Part shown: one piece after another, positions 11,340 to 22,530 of the stretch
How positions within the stretch are numbered: position 1 is the first letter of the stretch
Layout of the letters: the number at the start of each line of letters is the position of its first letter
NCBI RefSeq assembly: GCF_001194135.2
Contig: NC_068984.1
Location: 115,454,681-115,499,566 of the forward strand
Length of the DNA: 44,886 nt
Source: Octopus bimaculoides
Lineage: Eukaryota
Reading direction: 5' to 3'
Made by a program: the position numbers and the translations under genes
The notes under the pieces: generated by a model
What the model was told of the DNA's origin: nothing
Seen by the model: the letters and a program-made list of their open reading frames with translations, nothing else
Database searches by the model: none

Positions 11340-11629
11340 CTGTTGACCATGTTGTAAAGTAATTATACGAGTTTGCGAAGATGGGGCAGCATTCTCATTG
11401 TTACTGGCTACAATAGCATTAACAGAGGCATTTGTCAGGTCAGTATTTGTACCAGTGGCACCTACTGTTATTTGCTGTGCCTCAGTACCCGATGACACAT
11501 TCTCCGTCAACACATTTGTTACTTGTGCCGTTGATGATGTTTCCGTGCTGAAAAGTTTCCTGCGGGCAGTTCCAGGGTTAGGTGAACCAAACCGTCCACT
11601 TATGGAAGTACTTGGTGATTGCTGATAAT
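11340..11629 (-). CDS. RBL1: RBL exon (spacer), YQQSPSTSISGRFGSPNPGTARRKLFSTETS...IITLQHGQQ
   Basis: caccag| ... CAG|gtaatt; 290 nt, phase 1 to 0; SP...RRKLF cyclin-docking motif. Confidence 0.9.
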
Positions 11630-12299
11630 CTGGTGCAGGAACAAAAAAAAAAAATAAAATAACATTGTTTTAATGTCCACCTTTTCATGCTGGCATGGGT
11701 CAGACAGAATTTGTTGAGGCAGATTTTCTATGATCAGTTAGACACCCTTTTTTGTCACCACTCCTCACCTGCTTCCAAAATAGGGAATATTTCTGCCCTG
11801 GAAGACAGGGAAAGAACAATATCTGTATGGCTGTGATGCTCATTTAACAATCATCACATATCCAAACAAAGGCACACATAAACACACACACATGTACATA
11901 AATACATACATATATATACAACCACTACACTCTCTGAGTGGTTGGCGTTAGGAAGGGCATCCAGCTGTAGAAACTCTGCCAATTGGAAATATGCTGTGCA
12001 TGAGTAGACCCGGCAAGCCAAGTGAGACCTAAATCTAAGGCCTCAGCCAGTCCACTTATGCATACCTTCCTTCCTTCATTGGACACTAAACTCCACTTGC
12101 GAAGACCTGTTGAGGCAAGTGAAATCGAAATCGAGTTAAATTTAACAACTGGCACCCACGCCAACGTCGTCTCCTTCATTGGACNNNNNNNNNNNNNNNN
12201 NNNNNNNNNNNNNNNNNNNNNNNNNNNNNNNNNNNNNNNNNNNNNNNNNNNNNNNNNNNNNNNNNNNNNNNNNNNNNNNNNNNNNNNNNNNNNNNNNNN

Positions 12300-12580
12300 C
12301 AGTGCCCCTGGACTGGCTCTAGTGCGGGTGGCACATAAAATACACCATTTTGAGCGTGGCCGTTGCCAGTACCGCCTGACTGGCCTTTGTGTAGGTGGCA
12401 CATAAAAGCACCCACTACACTCTCAGAGTGGTTGGCGTTAGGAAGGGCATCCAGCTGTAGAAACTCTGCCAAATCAGATTGGAGCCTGGTGTAGCCATCC
12501 AGTTTCATCAGTCCTCAGTCAAATCGTCCAACCCATGCTAACATGGAAAGCGGACGTTAAACAATGATGATGATAATAAT
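12300..12580 (+). mobile_element. SINE family A
   Basis: same core and (GAT)n tail; starts at gap edge. Confidence 0.85.
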
Positions 12581-12845
12581 GATAATGGCTTCAAATTTTG
12601 GCACAAGGCCAGTAAGTTCAAGAGAGAGGCTAAGCCAATTACATCAATCGCAGTGCTCAACTAGTACCACAAAAGGATGAAAGGCTAAGTCAACCATGGC
12701 AGAATTAAAAACAGACAAAATGCCACTAAGCATTTTGTCTAGTGTGCTAACGATTCTGCCAGCTTCCTATAATAATAATAATAATTGGTTATTTATAATG
12801 ATAGAAGTAGCAGCAATTGTAATAAGTATATATATTTTTACTCAC

Positions 12846-12936
12846 AAGTACTTTTCCCTTCATCAACTAACCTCCGGATACCAGGGTGAAGTGGAGGAGA
12901 AGCAGTCATTGTTTCAAGCTGAGAAGGTAGAGATAC
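12846..12936 (-). CDS. RBL1: RBL exon (spacer), VSLPSQLETMTASPPLHPGIRRLVDEGKST
   Basis: ttgcag| ... T|gtgagt; 91 nt, phase 0 to 1 as the next exon requires; SPxxHP motif as in p107. Confidence 0.85.
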
Positions 12937-13922
12937 CTGCAAAGGAGAAACCATAAATAATAAACATCATATTTCAATTAATTTCAAAAATAATCAGAAT
13001 TGGCATACACACAGCTATGTGGTTATAAAGCTTGTTTCCAACTATGTGGTTTCAGGTTCAGTCCTACTGCAAGGCCCCTTCGGCAAGTGTCTTCTATTAT
13101 AGCCCCATACATAAAAAAAATTAAAATTAACCCAGTAGCATTTCAACTGGTCATTTCCAGCCCAGATATTTTATATGTTTTATGTTCAAGCCAGCCTGAT
13201 CCAGCCCCTCACACCTATCTTACAAAGTCATTCTAAAAATAAGCAATCACATATTCAAAATCTCTAAGCTACAAGATAATGAATGATTAATTGCAAACAG
13301 TATGATTAAATAAGCATTACATCTAATAGAGTAATCTGAATACTCAAGGTTTCAAACAAAAAAACTACTATAATTACCAAAAACACTATTCTTATGACAT
13401 TAAAATATTAAGATTTCTTTCGCTGATGCTAATTTTATAAAACTCAAGAGAATGAGACAAAAGTTGATGCCAGTAAAGAAGAATAAAATCAATGACACCA
13501 AATTAAACATCATAAATACAGTGTTGAAAGACTATTTCAGCAGCAAAGATGAATTGAAATTGCATGTGAAAGTGTATTTATGTGAAGATGGGGAAAAATA
13601 ATCCTTAACTTTACAATTTTATAAGTATGCAAATTAAATTACTGTTTTGGTCTTAAAAGCCAAAATGTATGAGTTTTAGAAACTCCATCTGTGGGTGATC
13701 ACAAAATTGATAGCAGTGAAATTTCATCCACAAGTGAGGGAGTGTTTTTGGCTCCTGCCATACACCAGCATCTGTATAAAAATCTACAAAGACTATAAAC
13801 AGTAAACACCAGTTTTCATCTGCATAGTCTTTATTCTTTGTGTGAGAGAGAGGGAGAGAGAAAGACAGACAGGTAACCAAAAAGAGGAATCTGGTTTTCT
13901 TTATGAGAAGAAAGTAAGTTAC

Positions 13923-14018
13923 CTCTTCACAAGTTGGTATGCTTTCCTGCTCTCGAATAGCATCCCAAAGAGGAGATGTGCTTTTCCAAGCATAACTTTC
14001 CAAAATAGATTCCTCAAT
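13923..14018 (-). CDS. RBL1: RBL exon (end of pocket A), IEESILESYAWKSTSPLWDAIREQESIPTCEE
   Basis: tttcag| ... GAG|gtaact; 96 nt, phase 0 to 0. Confidence 0.95.
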
Positions 14019-14328
14019 CTGAAAAATTGAAAAAAAAAAGAAAAAAAAGAAAATTTACAGCAAAAAGGTGAGATAACACAAAATATACTTTATCACAGAA
14101 ATAATTTAATTAAAAAGGAAGTTTCTTATCCATCATCTTAATCCATTAATCTGCAGAATGAAACAATCACCTTAATTACTTTTCTTGTGTGAAGTCCATA
14201 ATTCCAAACAATTTCAATTGTCCAAGTATTTTTTAACATTTAAAAAAAAGTAAGGGAAACTACTAGAATAACCTATTGAAGTTTCATGAAGTTTAAACAT
14301 AAAACGAAAATAAGTTTGTGTTAATACA

Positions 14329-14556
14329 TTAACCGTTTAGTGTTTAAACCGGCCATATCTGGCCCAAATATTTTACATGTTTTATATTTAAACTGGCGAT
14401 ATCTAGCCTCTCACACCTAACCTACATTGTCATTCTGAAAAGAATGAATCACATTATTGAAACCTCAAAGCTATAAGATAATGCATGATTAATTCAAAAC
14501 AATTTGAGTGAAAAAGTATTACATTTAACAGAGTATTCTGAACACGAAAGGGTTAA
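14329..14556. mobile_element. piggyBac-like MITE, family D, reverse orientation
   Basis: TTAA ends, reverse complement of 2309-2537. Confidence 0.75.
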
Positions 14557-14635
14557 ATGCAAGGATATAACAGTGAAGAAACTACTACAGCAAAGAAAAA
14601 GAAACAGAGTAAACACAGTCGACAAGGATACTTAC

Positions 14636-14756
14636 GAGATTCAAATGCTTCACCACATCACGAGAAAGTCCTTCTTCAGCCCTAATTACCATTTCAATTA
14701 CTCGATAGAAATGACAAGGACTCAACTCAAAGATTTCAGCAATCCATGGGAATGTC
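14636..14756 (-). CDS. RBL1: RBL exon (pocket A), TFPWIAEIFELSPCHFYRVIEMVIRAEEGLSRDVVKHLNL
   Basis: tcttag| ... CTC|gtaagt; 121 nt, phase 2 to 0. Confidence 0.96.
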
Positions 14757-15084
14757 CTAAGACACAATACAAACATACTAACTTCAGTATTTTCAAGATT
14801 TCAAAGATGCATGTAAATAAATGATAGCCAGAATCCAAAAGATTGAGGCTACTTTGAACTAGAATGTTATATATACATATATAATGTGGCCATGTGGTTA
14901 GGGTGTTGGATGCATGATAATAAGGCTGTGGGTTCAATTCCTGGACTGGGTGATATTGTTGTGTTGTGGAGCAAGGCACTTCATTTCACATTGTTCCAGT
15001 CTACTATGCTAACTCAAGTACCAGCCAAGTGTGGCCTTAATTACCACAAGCATATACATGCTATCAAGTTATACACCCTTGGCA

Positions 15085-15280
15085 TTTAATACTTAATATT
15101 TCATATATTCAATAAGACATTCAATACTTCATTTCATATTACTATTTATATTATATATTCCGTATTCTATATCCCACATTAATTTTATAATATAAATAAA
15201 ACATAAAAAAACAGAGTTGGAACTCTTTTAAATAATATATTCCTCTATACACTATCATACAAACCATTTTTTAAATTTTT
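15085..15280. repeat. Truncated sibling of the AT-rich unit at 42895-43200; lacks the hammerhead end
   Basis: shared blocks aatatttcatatattcaataagacattcaatacttcatttca and cagagttggaactctttt. Confidence 0.75.
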
Positions 15281-16491
15281 ATTTATCTGTCAATGCAATG
15301 TTGAGTGCTCATTCTCATTGTTTGATATTAGCACGTGTGTGTGTGTGTGTGTATTTGGCTGTGTCTTAGATGCTATAGGGAGCTTGCCTCCCTTGTCCGT
15401 CATAGGATAAGTATGTTCCCATGGCTAAAAGTAGTTTTGACTCTTATTTCTAGCAATGCTGGAGCTAATTAGTACCCTTAGTCACTTTCATACTACTGCC
15501 TTTTGGTTGTAAATTGCAAATAAGCCACCTTTATTATTGAGAGAGGGGGGGAGAGGGAGAGGGAGAGACAGAGACAGAGAGACAGACAGACAATCAGTAT
15601 ATAAGTGTTTTGTGGGACTTAAGACAGACAGATTATCTCCCTTCATGCAAAAAACCCAAGATAACATTTCTTTAGTTTCTGATAAAATCTACAAAACATG
15701 AACGAAAGTTTTGATAACTTTGAATGAAGGAGTTTCTATTTTGTTGCTTGATTACTCAAAATAACAGCAAACTCTCCCCCCAAGTAACATAGTACTGTCT
15801 TGTGTAAGATCAGGAAACAGATAATACTAACAATAAAACAAGGTGGCCACATTTGAAATGCATTTAATTATAAAACTGTTTCATTGGGGTTGACCAGGTG
15901 CGAGGCAACCTAATTTATATTCATAACCTGTATGATTATTTGTACTCATAACATGAGTCAAGGAGAGAATTACTGCATCTGATTCTCCATCAATTTAGCT
16001 CAGACAAGAAAATCCTTTTCATAAAGTTGTATGTCAGTAACAGAATGGTTATTTCATCTTTAAAACATAAACCATATTGCATTTTTTCGTCACTTATTTA
16101 ACCCTTTTGTTACCATATTTCTGCTGAAATACACAGCTTTTGCTTCAATTAATTCTGAGAATAATGAAGAACTTAGTAAAACTGTTGTTGTTAAGTTGGT
16201 ATTTAGAATAGAAATTCTGAGTTGGTATCATACAACTAACTACAGGCACTTTACAGAGTGTGGTCGACCATCCTAACCAATGAAGAATCAGACAAGTTTA
16301 GTGACTGTCAAAAGAGCAGATAAAACCAAAACTTTATTATAAAAAAATAGGCTGGCCTAATAATTCTGCAGTGCACTAAATTATTGCTTTGTAAAAACAA
16401 TTGCATTAACAGTACTAACTTGTTATGCTAAAAAGGTGTGTAAATCAAATGCGAAAAATTTTTTGGCTATCAACAAAGTATTCTCAAGGAT

Positions 16492-16790
16492 TTTTGAGCG
16501 AGATCGTTGCCAGTGCTCCTGGACTGGCTCTTGTGCAAGTGGCACATAAAATACACCATTTTGAGCATGGCCGTTGCCAGTACCGCCTGACTGGCCTTCG
16601 TGCGGGTGACACGTAAAAGCACCCACTACACTCTCTGAGTGGTTGGCATTAGGAAGGGCATCCAGCTGTAGAAACTCTGCCAAATCAGATTGGAGCCTGG
16701 CGTAACCATCTGGTTTCACCAGTCCTCAGTCAAATCGTCCAACCCATGCTAGCATGGAAAGCAGACGTTAAACGATGATGATGATGATGA
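16492..16790 (+). mobile_element. SINE family A
   Basis: same core and tail. Confidence 0.85.
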
Positions 16791-17549
16791 CCACCAACAG
16801 TCTCAACTTTTACCATGAAAAGCAAATAGATGATTGGGAATAGAAAATCTCTTACTGGTGAGGAATGATTCCTTTAAGAGAGATTAGTGATTATCAGCTT
16901 CCAAATAATGACAAGAAAAATAAGAAAATAAATGACATGTAGAAACAGAATGTTAAGTGATTCCACAATTTGATGTAACTTCCAATCAACATTTGATGAC
17001 ATGTCTTTTTAGAAAGTGAGTACTTAATAGACAACTAGGTGTACTCCGGGTTCAAGCAACAGCAAGTCATTAAACAGTCTGAGAATGGACCAAGGCCCCA
17101 ACCAAGTATCGCAGTATTGGAATAGTGCAGTGACTAAGGCTATAAGGAAATACAACAGAAATGAAAAGAAATGTAGTAATCAGGAAGGATATCAGAAAGT
17201 TAGACAAGATTAAATAACTTAAGTACATTCAACCAGGCAAGAAGCTGAAAGGAGGGAGATTACTAATGTTCTGCACCATGAGGGTGAGTGGAATGGAGAG
17301 TTCCAGATTGAAAGGTAGTGAGTTCATGCAAGCAGGATGTTACTAACATAATTCTCCTCAGTAACAATAAAAAGGTAGATGCATGGAATTATTTAAGATT
17401 GCTTAATAAAAGCAAACTATGAGTGGGATAGCGAGAATCTATCCAAAAATGAACAGAAGAAAACAAATATTGAGATTAGTTTCAGTATAGTTAGAATAGA
17501 AATTTAGGATATAATTGGAAAGGGTTTAAGAAAATGGTAAGTCTGTAAT

Positions 17550-17935
17550 GTTGTTGTTGGCACTCCGTCGCTTACGACGTCGAGGGTTCCAATTGATCCG
17601 ATCAACAGAACAGCCTGCTCGTGAAATTAACATGCAAGTGGTTGAGCACTCCACAGACACGTGTACCCTTAATGTAGTTCTCGGGGATATTCAGCGTGAC
17701 ACAGTGTGACAAGGCTGACCCTTTGAATTACAGGCACAACAGAAACAGGAAGTAAGAGTGAGAGAAAGTTGTGGTGGAAGAGTACAGCAGGGTTCAACAC
17801 CATCCCCTGCCGGAGCCTCGTGGAGCTTTAGGTGTTTTCGCTCAATAAACACTCACAACACCCGGTCTGGGAATCGAAACAGCGATCTTATGACCGCGAG
17901 TCCGCTGCCCTAACCACTGGGCCATTGCGCCTCCA
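17550..17935 (-). mobile_element. Full-length tRNA-derived SINE, family B, (CAA)n tail
   Basis: head tggaggcgcaatggcccagtggttagggcagcgg...gtttcgattccc (A/B boxes); TSD ggtaagtctg(t/a)aat at 17536-17549 and 17937-17950. Confidence 0.9.
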
Positions 17936-18546
17936 CGGTAAGTCTGAAATAGATAGTTGTTGATTATCATGAAGCATCATGCTACAAAAATCTATAACAG
18001 TTAAAGCAAAGTTAGCACAGCTAAAGTTATATGAAGCCAGTGACATATAACTTAAGAGTTTTATTTTTATGTGGTACAAATACTTTTTGAATATTTGAAA
18101 AAAACATCAAGTAATATTTTGAAAAAAGAAAATGATTAAGATGGTAGTGAGAAGGAAGAATTAGAGAAAAATCAGAGCATAGAGAGCAAAACAGAAATTA
18201 AAAGAATAGCATTCAAAATTGATTTTATCTATATATAACACTTTCACTTCAGTCACACTACAGTAACCAATAACAGTGCCTGATAGGTAACACCACACCT
18301 CTGTAAAGATGATGTTCTGGTGACAAGTGTAGCAAAGATTCATATACTTCATGCAAACATTGAAATGAAAGGTAAAATAAAATAAAATACATAACATAGG
18401 ACGATGACAATGAGCCAATGAAAGAACCTGTATGTGGTCATTCAACCTGCAAATAATAGCAGCCAAAATTTCCCTCAAAATCACAGTATAGAGTCTGAAG
18501 GACACATTTCATAATGTAGTCCTTGGTAAGAGTGAATTCTAGACTT

Positions 18547-18795
18547 GTTGCTATTTAGTAACAAGTCTAAAATTCTAGCAACAAGTTGCTATTTAGTAAC
18601 AAGTCTAAAATTCTAGCAATAAGTTGCTATTTAGTAACAAGTCTAAAATTCTAGCAACGAGTTGCTATTTAGTAACAAGTTTAAAATTCTAGCAACAAGT
18701 TGCTATTTAGTAGCAAGTCTAAAATACTAGCAACAAGTTGCTATTTAGCAACAAGACTAAAATTCTAGCAACAAGTTGCTATTTAGCAACAAGTC
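18547..18795. repeat. 38-bp minisatellite, about 6.5 copies
   Basis: unit gttgctatttagtaacaagtctaaaattctagcaacaa; the first four starts (18547, 18585, 18623, 18661) are exactly 38 bp apart. Confidence 0.95.
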
Positions 18796-19160
18796 AGTCC
18801 TGATCAAGCAGGCCCATGATCAAAAGATGCTAAAGCCGCAAGCATCCTATTTTATCCAGACATAGTATCTCCTAGAATATATCAAATGTCGTTTTTTCCT
18901 AAGATGAAAGGGCAAGATTCAACTGCTATTTCTTGAAGGCCATGCTACTACATTGGTTCGTGAATTCTACAGTAGGAGGCAGTAGTATTTATAATCAATA
19001 ACTGTGATAATTAATCAAAAGTGATACTGGAAATGAGTACGACTACCAATGAGGGAAAATGTAACCTTTCTAAAAGAGCAGAACAGAAGACAATGTAATT
19101 ATAACAATGACAGCGGTAATGATGAAAGCAAGTGAGACTTCTAAAGCCCGCAAAACTTAC

Positions 19161-19243
19161 CTTTGAGAATTATAAGAAAATATCACAATTTCAAGACAAC
19201 AAGCAAATAGTGATCTTTGAAAAATATCGTGTTCCAGAACAAC
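19161..19243 (-). CDS. RBL1: RBL exon (pocket A), VVLEHDIFQRSLFACCLEIVIFSYNSQR (absent from ORF track)
   Basis: ttttag| ... AG|gtaagt; 83 nt, phase 0 to 2; DIFxRSLxACCLEIV motif. Confidence 0.95.
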
Positions 19244-19564
19244 CTAAAACATATTTAAAAAAAATAAATAAATTAAAATTAAAAAAAACGAAGCAAAAAA
19301 GACAAAACAAAAAGAAGCAATGAAATAAAATGAAACAGAAGAAATCAGAAGTTTTCAACAACTCGGCACTGCAACAAAACAAGCAAAAAATAAAACTAAA
19401 TAATGAAAAAAAAAAAAGCAGTTCTCCACCCCACTTGCCAAAATTCTCATTATCAATGTTGCATCAATAAACATATTAGAAGCAATGCTAGAAGTTTTTG
19501 ATTACACTAAGGCAAATTACAAGATTACCCAAAAGTCACAAAGTGTAAAAGTGCGATTGGTGCA

Positions 19565-19798
19565 TGTTGTGTCGACGCCCCCAGGCAAAGAAGTAGGACT
19601 TCCCAAGACATATAAATAGAGATAGTCTGGCCGTGGTAGGGTTGAGTAGCAGTCAAGTAGCTGTTGAGTAGCAGTCAAGTAGCAGTTGTGTAGTGGTTGA
19701 GTAGAGATCATCCGATGGTGCTAGATAGCAGTAGCTTGAGAACAGTGCACCAGCTGAAGCCATCAAATTATACCACAGATTGCAATATGCATCAGACA
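19565..19798 (+). mobile_element. Candidate solo LTR
   Basis: TGT...ACA termini, tgca directly flanking both ends, tataaata box near 19612, internal duplicated gagtagcagtcaagtagc. Confidence 0.38.
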
Positions 19799-20038
19799 TG
19801 CATCATGACTATTGGCCCATTCTGCATTTAATTGGTGGTTGTGGTGATGGTGGTGGAGGTAATAAACAAATGATGTGGAATAGAGTGCTATTGCACACAC
19901 CAGCCATCGCATACAAACCTATGACCAGCACCTGAGACTGCAGTTCAAATGCAAAGAACTCAATGGCTGGTGAAGTGAGATGAAGCAGAACATTCAAATG
20001 ACTTCTCCAAACCCACAGGAGGAGTTAACTACAGCTTT

Positions 20039-20500
20039 TAAACCCTTTTGTTACCATATTTCGTTTGAAAAACAAGAGCTTTTGTTTCAATTAATTTTGA
20101 AAATAATGAAGAATTTAATTACATAAGTTAGTTGTTATTAACCCTTTAACTGCATAACTAAATTTCATGGTTATTCCAGTAATGATGTTAAATATCTACC
20201 AAAAATAGTATTGGTACTTTCTGCAAGTCATGCTGCCTCAATAAACTTGATGTATTTTGACAAAATATAACTTCAAACATGACATTCCTCAACAAAAGGT
20301 AAATTGGTATATGAAACTATTTTCTGTCATTAAGAGTAATGAAAATTTGAGTGGATATGTCCGATTTCTGAAGTAAAAGAGTGTTTGGAGCACAAATTAA
20401 TATGAAATTTTAATAAAACTTTTAATCTTGATTGCTTTAAAACAGAATCTTTGTATCATAGAATCCGGAGTGGTTACAAGGGATTTGGTATTGAAAGAGT
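20039..20500. mobile_element. piggyBac-like MITE family H with a second TTAA-type MITE (20142-20381) inside
   Basis: outer ends cccttttgttacc / ggtattgaaagagtaa; inner ends ccctttaactgca / tgaagtaaaagag following a TTAA. Confidence 0.55.
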
Positions 20501-20928
20501 AACAATTTGTTCTCCTGCAACTTCTTCTTATGGACAATATCATTTGCACTCTAGCTTTGCTCATAACCCCTTTAACTTTATGGGTGTTAGTTCCCTTTTT
20601 CAGACAAAATAATACATTTGTAATTAAAAATATCAACTAGCTAAACCAACCACACACTTCAAACATGCCCACATTCATATATAAACATATACATACACAC
20701 AGAAACACACTCACATACAAACACACAGCTAAGCACATATGCATGCATGCATGCAGACATGCACAAATTATTCTTTAAAAGAATTTGATTAATTTCAATA
20801 TTTTGAAATCTTTCAGAAACAAACCAAACACAAGAAAAAAAAGGAAAAAATAACGAAAATATTCAGACCAAAAATAAGAAACCAAATAGAAACATTTTAC
20901 AAAATTATTAAAAAAATAACAGAATTAC

Positions 20929-21072
20929 TGTGAGATCTTTGTTGCCATCTTTAACTGAAAACCTCTTCTTCTCGTCCACAGCAATACTTTCTAGAGTTTT
21001 AAAATACAGACTTTCTGCTAACTGCAAACGGTTACGTGCAAAGTCACTGTGTGCTCCAGGATGGTCGGAAGG
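20929..21072 (-). CDS. RBL1: RBL exon (pocket A), PSDHPGAHSDFARNRLQLAESLYFKTLESIAVDEKKRFSVKDGNKDLT
   Basis: ttacag| ... ACA|gtaatt; 144 nt, phase 0 to 0. Confidence 0.93.
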
Positions 21073-22046
21073 CTGTAAAAGACCAAAAGATAACATTAGG
21101 NNNNNNNNNNNNNNNNNNNNNNNNNNNNNNNNNNNNNNNNNNNNNNNNNNNNNNNNNNNNNNNNNNNNNNNNNNNNNNNNNNNNNNNNNNNNNNNNNNNN
21201 NNNNNNNNNNNNNNNNNNNNNNNNNNNNNNNNNNNNNNNNNNNNNNNNNNNNNNNNNNNNNNNNNNNNNNNNNNNNNNNNNNNNNNNNNNNNNNNNNNNN
21301 NNNNNNNNNNNNNNNNNNNNNNNNNNNNNNNNNNNNNNNNNNNNNNNNNNNNNNNNNNNNNNNNNNNNNNNNNNNNNNNNNNNNNNNNNNNNNNNNNNNN
21401 NNNNNNNNNNNNNNNNNNNNNNNNNNNNNNNNNNNNNNNNNNNNNNNNNNNNNNNNNNNNNNNNNNNNNNNNNNNNNNNNNNNNNNNNNNNNNNNNNNNN
21501 NNNNNNNNNNNNNNNNNNNNNNNNNNNNNNNNNNNNNNNNNNNNNNNNNNNNNNNNNNNNNNNNNNNNNNNNNNNNNNNNNNNNNNNNNNNNNNNNNNNN
21601 NNNNNNNNNNNNNNNNNNNNNNNNNNNNNNNNNNNNNNNNNNNNNNNNNNNNNNNNNNNNNNNNNNNNNNNNNNNNNNNNNNNNNNNNNNNNNNNNNNNN
21701 NNNNNNNNNNNNNNNNNNNNNNNNNNNNNNNNNNNNNNNNNNNNNNNNNNNNNNNNNNNNNNNNNNNNNNNNNNNNNNNNNNNNNNNNNNNNNNNNNNNN
21801 NNNNNNNNNNNNNNNNNNNNNNNNNNNNNNNNNNNNNNNNNNNNNNNNNNNNNNNNNNNNNNNNNNNNNNNNNNNNNNNNNNNNNNNNNNNNNNNNNNNN
21901 NNNNNNNNNNNNNNNNNNNNNNNNNNNNNNNNNNNNNNNNNNNNNNNNNNNNNNNNNNNNNNNNNNNNNNNNNNNNNNNNNNNNNNNNNNNNNNNNNNNN
22001 NNNNNNNNNNNNNNNNNNNNNNNNNNNNNNNNNNNNNNNNNNNNNN

Positions 22047-22058
22047 CTAGAACACTCC
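22047..22058 (-). CDS. RBL1: RBL exon, 5' 12 nt only ((E)ECS(R)...); the rest lies in gap 21101-22046
   Basis: long pyrimidine tract then tttcag|G GAG TGT TCT AG; phase 2 matches the upstream exon; position of the CxRNP motif in family members. Confidence 0.75.
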   Translation of the reverse strand, partial: GVF

Positions 22059-22530
22059 CTGAAAATATTTTAAAGGAAGAGAAAAGAAAACAGTAAGAAT
22101 TAATAAAAGAAGACCCATTTTTTTTTTTGTTGTGGTTGAAACAAGGAAAAAAAAATAATTGAAGATTTCAAAATTTAAAACTCAAAGATTAAATACAATT
22201 AACTTTTTGAATGATGCAAGATATTGTCAGATATTTCACTCACAATTGAGTCACATAAGATTTTTTAAATGTTTTAAAATAAACTGTCAAACATTGGGAC
22301 TGAACCCGGAACCATGTGGTTGAGAAGCAAACTTTTTACTACACAGCCCTACCTGTACTTATACAACTGTTACACGAAGAACTACTAAATTCAAAATATT
22401 TCAGAAATAATACCTTTTGGTTGACAAGAGAATTAAAATAATGGTAAAAACTATAGAAAGTGAACTTATGTATATTTTGTTTACATACACTGAATTGTAT
22501 AAAATATAAACACATAAAAAATGTCTATCA

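Noticed and set aside
13653-13772. Possible extra exon after acceptor-like ttatacag
   Set aside because: Phase 0 is required here and hits a stop after 15 codons; the open frame has no Rb similarity; exons 13923 and 12936 join without it.
16800-17500. Possible decayed CR1/L2-type LINE on minus
   Set aside because: Only a faint WNS-like word; not enough to annotate by eye.
17860-17935. tRNA genes at SINE-B, C and F heads
   Set aside because: A/B boxes are present but there is no complete cloverleaf, and the heads run into SINE bodies with tails and TSDs.
18547-18795. CRISPR array
   Set aside because: Head-to-tail repeats without unique spacers, in a eukaryotic intron; the same applies to 40594-40735 and the SINE-A modules.
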